A DNA stretch of 31,622 bases, from NCBI GenBank assembly GCA_963977445.1, contig CAXBPH010000056.1:1-31622 (forward strand), read 5' to 3'. Made by a program: the position numbers and the translations under genes. Source of the DNA: an uncultured bacterium (GTDB lineage: Bacteria; Hydrogenedentota; Hydrogenedentia; Hydrogenedentales; JAEUWI01). The first letter of the stretch is position 1. The number at the start of each line of letters is the position of its first letter. Under the pieces are notes generated by a model that worked only from the letters and a program-made list of their open reading frames with translations, did not search any database and was not told where the DNA came from. Below are positions 26,982 through 31,622 of the stretch, in pieces.

Positions 26982-29212
26982 CTCCCAGATACAACGCGAC
27001 CGCCGGTGTGGTGAGACACGCCGACGGCCAAAATCAAGAATTCTCCTGTGCAGGCAACTCTACACCCAAGGGGGGCTATCCGTCAACTTGGGTATTTACC
27101 GCCTTGAACGGCAAGGTCCCGATTACGAAAAGCTGGACAACGGCCCCCGGCTTGACTCCCGACGAAATCCGGGCCCGGCGCGATTCTGGGCAAAATATCG
27201 GCCTTGTGACCGGCGAACGGTCTGGGCGCTTGCTGGTGGTCGATATCGACGGCGAACGGCCCGAGGGCTTGCCAGATACCGTGGAAGTTGTGACCGGCAG
27301 CGGCGGCGCACACCTCTACTACACGGTGCCCGAGGGCGTGGAAATTCCGAAGGCCAACAAGGTCGGACACGTGGCCCCCGGCGTTGATATCCGGTATACG
27401 GGTGGACAGGTCGTATATCCCGGCAGCGTTCACCCCGGTACCGGCGCGGTCTACGAATGGGCACCAGGCAAGGCACTGGGCGAAATCCCCTTGGTTGAGG
27501 TACCCGGATGGGTGATAGACGCACTTTTGGCCCCGAAGCCGGAACCGCCACGGCCTACGTCGCCCGCTATGCCACAAACGACCATCGGGCAAGGGTACAC
27601 CATGGCTGCATTGACCGGCGCGGCACAGGATGCCCGTAACGCGGCACCAGGCACCCGAAATGCGCTACTGAATACGAAGGCCTACGCCCTTGCCGGTCTG
27701 GGTATCGATGCGGGTACGATTGAAGCGCACCTGCTACCGGCGGCGCTTGATGCCGGACTGCCCGAAGGCGAAGCGCGCAAGACGATTCACAGCGGCACCG
27801 TGGCGGGACAGGCGGCACCGCGCGATGTTTCGCGGGCGGCTATACCGATGCCCATGCCTACGGGCGGCGGGAGCGATGGCGAAGACGTGGACCCGATGTC
27901 TGACCTTGCCGGTTCCCTTCGGCTTCTACGGATTGCAGATGGCGACCTACGCCATGCCACGGATCGCGATTGGCTTGTGTTCGACGGGAAACGGTTCGCC
28001 CCCGACGAAAAGCAGGCCCGCAGACTAGCGGCCAAAGTGGGCCAAGCGACACGCGCAGATGGGCACGCAAACACCGATGACCCGGACGCGATAAAAGCCT
28101 ACTACCGGACAGGTAAACGCTTCGAATCGGCAGGTGGTATAGATGCCCTGCTTAAAATCGCGGCAACCCTACCCGGCATCGATGCCGACCACGTCGAATT
28201 TGATGCGGACCCTTGGGCGCTGAACTGCGAAAACGGGACTGTGGACCTGAATACGGGCGAACTTAGACCGCAACGCCGAAGCGACCACATCACCAAGCTG
28301 TGCCCCCATGAGTTCATCCCGGTGGCAACGTGCCCGCGCTGGCTTGCCTTCCTTGATGAGATATTCGAGGGCGACAAAGAGCTAATCCAGTGGGTTCAAT
28401 GGCTCTGTGGCTATTCTGCCACGGGCAGCACGCACCGGCACATCTTCCCGATTCTGCACGGAGACGGGCGAAACGGGAAAGGCGCATTTTTCCGGGCCAT
28501 GCGGCATGTTCTCGGGACGGACTATGCGGCTGTCGTTGAAACAGAGGATCTCATGATGCAGCACAACACGCGGCACAGCGTCGGCATTGCGCAACTGCGT
28601 GGGATTCGCTTCGCCTTCGCTCAGGAAACCGAGGAGGGCAGGCGGTTGAATGAAAGTCTGGTAAAAAGCCTCACAGGCGGCGATATCATGAAGGCGCGCA
28701 TGCTCTATGGGCAACCGTTCGAATTTACACCCACGCACACGTTGTGGATGGCATCAAACTACCGGCCCCGAATTACCGGGACGGCAAGCGGCATATGGGA
28801 GCGGCTTCGCTTGCTTCCATTCAATCGCCAGTTTTCCGCGAATGAGCAAGACCCGTTCCTTGATGAAAAGTTGAGGCGGGAGGCCACCGGTATTCTGGCT
28901 TGGATTGTGGCTGGGGCCCGGATGCCTGAACCGTCTGTTCCTGGCTGCGTAAAAGCTGCCACGGACGATTACCGGGACGAATCAGACACCTTGGCTGCTT
29001 TCATCGATGATGCATTGACGGAATGGGAGCACACCCACGTACTGAAGCGTGACGTGTACGACGCCTACCGGTCATACATGAACAATCATTGCGAAGACCA
29101 GCGGCGATTTAATCAGCGGATTGCGGAGCGTGGTTTCGTCGAAAAGAAGATTCCGGCAGGCATGGCTTGGGAGGGCGTATCGCTGCGCGTAGACTGGGCA
29201 AAATCAGCCTAA
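26978..29212 (+). CDS. Bifunctional primase-polymerase fused to P4/D5 SF3 helicase
   Basis: Prim-Pol: NIGLVTG, VVDID, TGSGGAHLYY, DIRYTGGQVV.PGS.H; D5_N: LNCENGTVDL; Walker A GDGRNGKG, KSLTGGD...AR, SNYRP, IWERL; ATGA coupling to the upstream gene. Confidence 0.93.
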   Translation: MTPRYNATAGVVRHADGQNQEFSCAGNSTPKGGYPSTWVFTALNGKVPITKSWTTAPGLTPDEIRARRDSGQNIGLVTGERSGRLLVVDIDGERPEGLPDTVEVVTGSGGAHLYYTVPEGVEIPKANKVGHVAPGVDIRYTGGQVVYPGSVHPGTGAVYEWAPGKALGEIPLVEVPGWVIDALLAPKPEPPRPTSPAMPQTTIGQGYTMAALTGAAQDARNAAPGTRNALLNTKAYALAGLGIDAGTIEAHLLPAALDAGLPEGEARKTIHSGTVAGQAAPRDVSRAAIPMPMPTGGGSDGEDVDPMSDLAGSLRLLRIADGDLRHATDRDWLVFDGKRFAPDEKQARRLAAKVGQATRADGHANTDDPDAIKAYYRTGKRFESAGGIDALLKIAATLPGIDADHVEFDADPWALNCENGTVDLNTGELRPQRRSDHITKLCPHEFIPVATCPRWLAFLDEIFEGDKELIQWVQWLCGYSATGSTHRHIFPILHGDGRNGKGAFFRAMRHVLGTDYAAVVETEDLMMQHNTRHSVGIAQLRGIRFAFAQETEEGRRLNESLVKSLTGGDIMKARMLYGQPFEFTPTHTLWMASNYRPRITGTASGIWERLRLLPFNRQFSANEQDPFLDEKLRREATGILAWIVAGARMPEPSVPGCVKAATDDYRDESDTLAAFIDDALTEWEHTHVLKRDVYDAYRSYMNNHCEDQRRFNQRIAERGFVEKKIPAGMAWEGVSLRVDWAKSA

Positions 29213-29235
29213 ATGCAAGGTGGATTCGTTATAAA

Positions 29236-29320
29236 ATGCAGTTCGATGCAGTTCAAAACAAAACCCTCTATGCGGAGCTAAAAGCTAGAAGGTTTCAGAA
29301 TGAACTGCATTGAACTGCAT
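29236..29320. repeat. Iteron palindrome, putative replication origin
   Basis: ATGCAGTTCG-ATGCAGTTCA ... TGAACTGCAT-TGAACTGCAT, with inner AAACCCTCTA/TAGAAGGTTT, directly after the primase stop. Confidence 0.8.
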
Positions 29321-29378
29321 CCCCTCGTAAACATTGACTATTATCAATTCGGAAAACCCGGAATTGGGATCATGGGTC

Positions 29379-29762
29379 ATGACATTACATCACATTCTAG
29401 CGCAGTATAAGACCCTCACCGCCGACGGATTCAGGGACCCGGCTTCCCCGGATTTCTCAAAGTGGCGGCGTGACTTGATAGACCGGACAGACTACTTGGA
29501 ACCAGCGCGGCAATGGGTGTCACAGTTTGGCAAGGCGAAGACACACCGGGCCAGTGCATACGCCATCAAGCACGTCATGGAGCGTGACACTGGCGTATAT
29601 GTAACCGAAGGCGCTTTTATCGTGAGCGCCCTTATGGAAGGATTCACGATGGATGAAAAGCGGCGCGGCTTCCTGAATATCGACCGGCGTGACCTTGACC
29701 GATATTTGAAGCGGCGCGAACCACTGGAACGAAAAAAGCCCGGAAATGTCAACTATTGTTAG
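29379..29762 (+). CDS. Conserved hypothetical satellite protein (winged-helix-like)
   Basis: SAYAIKHVMERDTGVYVTEGAFIVSALMEGF resembles the SYxLKHxxE...YxxNGxFI motif seen near primase-helicases; start uncertain. Confidence 0.7.
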   Translation: MTLHHILAQYKTLTADGFRDPASPDFSKWRRDLIDRTDYLEPARQWVSQFGKAKTHRASAYAIKHVMERDTGVYVTEGAFIVSALMEGFTMDEKRRGFLNIDRRDLDRYLKRREPLERKKPGNVNYC

Positions 29763-29935
29763 CAGGCAGGCCACATTTTGCTATCGCGCCCCCGGAATCA
29801 TTGTGTCCCCGCTCCTGAGGATTGCCGGGAAATGTGTAGCAATGCGGAAAAACAGGGCCAAAACACACCCAAAACAGTCCCAAATGCTTACATTTGCACG
29901 ACCTTTTGACCGGCCAAGACACGAAAGCGACACAC

Positions 29936-30025
29936 GGGTAGGGGGTAAATTCCTCAGAGCTCCGAACCTGTGGACCACGTCTTCTCTAGATATTTTGGTT
30001 CTCACGGATTAAACTATTTTTTGGG
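29936..30025 (+). other. cos-like packaging site 1
   Basis: GGGTAGGGGGTAAATTCCTC...GGACCACGTCT...CGGATTAAACTATTTTTTGGG; layout recalls HK97-type cos regions. Confidence 0.45.
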
Positions 30026-30071
30026 CAGTATATTTTGACCTAAGCGGCTTACACGATAGAGGATTTACACA

Positions 30072-30395
30072 ATGAAGGATTACAAAATAACCAGCGATGC
30101 ATCGGATAGGATTTTGGTGCCTTTATTGGTAGGGGCCCTGGGCGTGGCTCTCGTCGCGATAATGCCTATTTGCCGATTGCGCCATTGGAATGAGGAAATG
30201 GCGCGTGAATTTACGCCTATTTTTTCCGGGGATACTACGGCTTGGCGCTATTCGATTGTGCCGTTGTGGCAATGGGATTCCCATGCCGATGTGATTTGGT
30301 TGCCTTGGGTGCATATCCCTATGGTGGCGGCGGCTGTGGTGGTTTGGTGCATCTTGGTGGTGCGGGTGGCTCGCAGTTCTGAAGCATCATCCTAA
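30072..30395 (+). CDS. Hypothetical 2-TM membrane protein (cargo)
   Basis: GAGGA RBS; two hydrophobic helices. Confidence 0.7.
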   Translation: MKDYKITSDASDRILVPLLVGALGVALVAIMPICRLRHWNEEMAREFTPIFSGDTTAWRYSIVPLWQWDSHADVIWLPWVHIPMVAAAVVVWCILVVRVARSSEASS

Positions 30396-30403
30396 TGGCC
30401 AGA

Positions 30404-30430
30404 ACGGGTGCCCACCGCGTGGGCACCCGT
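30404..30430. repeat. Perfect 12-bp hairpin (REP-like or terminator)
   Basis: ACGGGTGCCCAC-CGC-GTGGGCACCCGT, 8 nt after the stop codon. Confidence 0.7.
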
Positions 30431-30474
30431 ATGATATTTTTACAAGGCAGGCGGCCAATAGCGGCGTGGCCCCA

Positions 30475-30560
30475 GGGGAAGGAGGCTAAAAATCTTCAAT
30501 AGCTATCCCGGCGGGACCGCGCCTCAGTGTTATGCGAACGGGAACGGGGATTTCCTTTGA
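30475..30560 (+). other. cos-like packaging site 2
   Basis: GGGGAAGGAGGCTAAAAATCTTC..AGCT..GGGACCGCGCCTCAG...CGGGGATT; same layout as site 1. Confidence 0.45.
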
Positions 30561-30614
30561 AAAACCCCAAGGAGTCAAACAATTTCCGCAAACAAGCCCT
30601 ATATCACACACGAC

Positions 30615-31316
30615 TCAGGGCTGGCCCTTTTTCCAGCTGATACTTCCGTCATAGTGGCTCATTCGAGCTGTGCCGATGATGGAGACAAGGCCAGGACCGG
30701 GCGAAGGACCGTGAATTGACACCCGGTAGTTCCATTGGTCACTTGCATCCGACATCACATAGATAGCGTTGCGGACGGCCAACGTGTAGTCAGTGGCAAA
30801 GGCTTCCCAACTGGCGGCGGAAGGAATCTCGTCAAGTTGCAACATCACAGTGACATAGCCGCTGTCAGTCAGTTCGATGGACTCTGGCAGTGGTAACCCT
30901 GCTGCACGTATAGCGTCCATGGCTGCGTCAATATGGGCCTGAGTTAACGGCGGGTGGTCTTTGGCATACTGCTCGGCCTTGGCAGCTTCTTTCGCGGCTC
31001 TGGCCTCTTCCGCTTCGACCTTCTGTGATTCGACTTGGGCTTGACGCGCGGCAACTTCCTCTGGTGTCGGCTCTGGTGACAGCGCAACAATTATTGCCAT
31101 TAGAAACAGAACCCCGAACACTACCAAAAATGTTTTCGGGACGCGGCTTTCATTCTTCTTTACTGGAACGGGTGGCGGGTTTGGCGTAAAGCCCGCCGTA
31201 GGGGGCACAGGCACCAAGATAGCCCCGCCACACATGTTGCACTTGCCTGCCTGCCCTGCGTATTGGTCTGGAATCTCTAACCGGGCCTGACAATGCCCAC
31301 AAGTGACGCTAATCAT
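30615..31316 (-). CDS. Zinc-ribbon, single-TM membrane protein (cargo)
   Basis: CGHC...CNMC, Pro-rich linker, TM helix, Ala/Glu coiled coil, extracytoplasmic domain; AAGGGG RBS before MISVT. Confidence 0.8.
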   Translation of the reverse strand: MISVTCGHCQARLEIPDQYAGQAGKCNMCGGAILVPVPPTAGFTPNPPPVPVKKNESRVPKTFLVVFGVLFLMAIIVALSPEPTPEEVAARQAQVESQKVEAEEARAAKEAAKAEQYAKDHPPLTQAHIDAAMDAIRAAGLPLPESIELTDSGYVTVMLQLDEIPSAASWEAFATDYTLAVRNAIYVMSDASDQWNYRVSIHGPSPGPGLVSIIGTARMSHYDGSISWKKGQP

Positions 31317-31541
31317 AACTGCATCCCCTTTGCTCGATTCCATGAATCCCCGTAGTATTTCCCCATGATAAGACCCTCAAGTTTGGCCCATAGCAAAACT
31401 ACCCCGCGTTTGGGCAACGGTTGATTTGGCGCAGTATTCCGGCCCTGCGGATGCGCCTCAGCGCATAATACGCGCATCGCCAGAATTACGCAACTGTACT
31501 GGCTGTGGCCTTGCTGCCAACGTGGTGTATCGAATATGACG

Positions 31542-31557
31542 GCGGATAATTATCCGC
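31542..31557. repeat. Integrase arm-type palindrome (right)
   Basis: Perfect GCGGATAATTATCCGC. Confidence 0.7.
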
Positions 31558-31622
31558 AAACGGTCGGAATGGACGGATAAACCGGAATGATTGCAATAAC
31601 AAGAAATATCGTGATACCCTCT

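Larger units (their letters stand above)
24437..31622 (+). mobile_element. tRNA-Pro-integrated phage satellite (PICI-like) or integrative element, right end at or beyond the window edge
   Basis: int, HTH, DUF1580/AlpA-like, Prim-Pol-D5, iterons and cargo; matching GCGGATAA palindromes at both ends. Confidence 0.85.

Noticed and set aside
30395..30535. Integron attC site (GTTATGC at 30529)
   Set aside because: No complementary RYYYAAC after the stop codon, and the integrase lacks IntI features
31440..31490. Third cos-like or dif-like site (GCGCCTCAGCGCATAAT)
   Set aside because: Only 9 bp shared with site 2, no G-rich block or GGACC, and no XerD arm

Overview
GC-rich bacterial chromosomal segment, apparently a contig start, because bases 1-17 are Illumina adapter. 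The gene mix (sulfatase/anSME, sialidase-like and GH42-like proteins, DUF1580-type element) suggests a Hydrogenedentota/PVC-like organism, but this is inference only. Bases 1-24452 are host genes: DUF4126, DoxX-like, anaerobic sulfatase maturase, GH42-like, GT2, Pmp3, Tat sulfatase-like, dinB with a consensus sigma70 promoter and SOS-box-like sites, sigma54-driven amtB-glnK, NIPSNAP, MscS, Bpt/Ate, a sialidase/oxidoreductase/SSS cluster, MerR and tRNA-Pro(GGG). From about 24437 to the window end lies a roughly 7.2 kb phage-satellite-like element integrated at tRNA-Pro. It carries a tyrosine integrase, an HTH protein, a DUF1580/AlpA-like protein, a Prim-Pol/D5 primase-helicase, an iteron palindrome, two cos-like sites and membrane cargo, with no capsid or terminase genes. 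The most notable non-coding signals are an orphan sigma54 promoter module that appears to drive a ~100-nt sRNA (about 16265-16368, minus strand), a 217-bp element built from three perfect 15-bp helices (17440-17656), and the paired cos-like and arm-type sites of the satellite.
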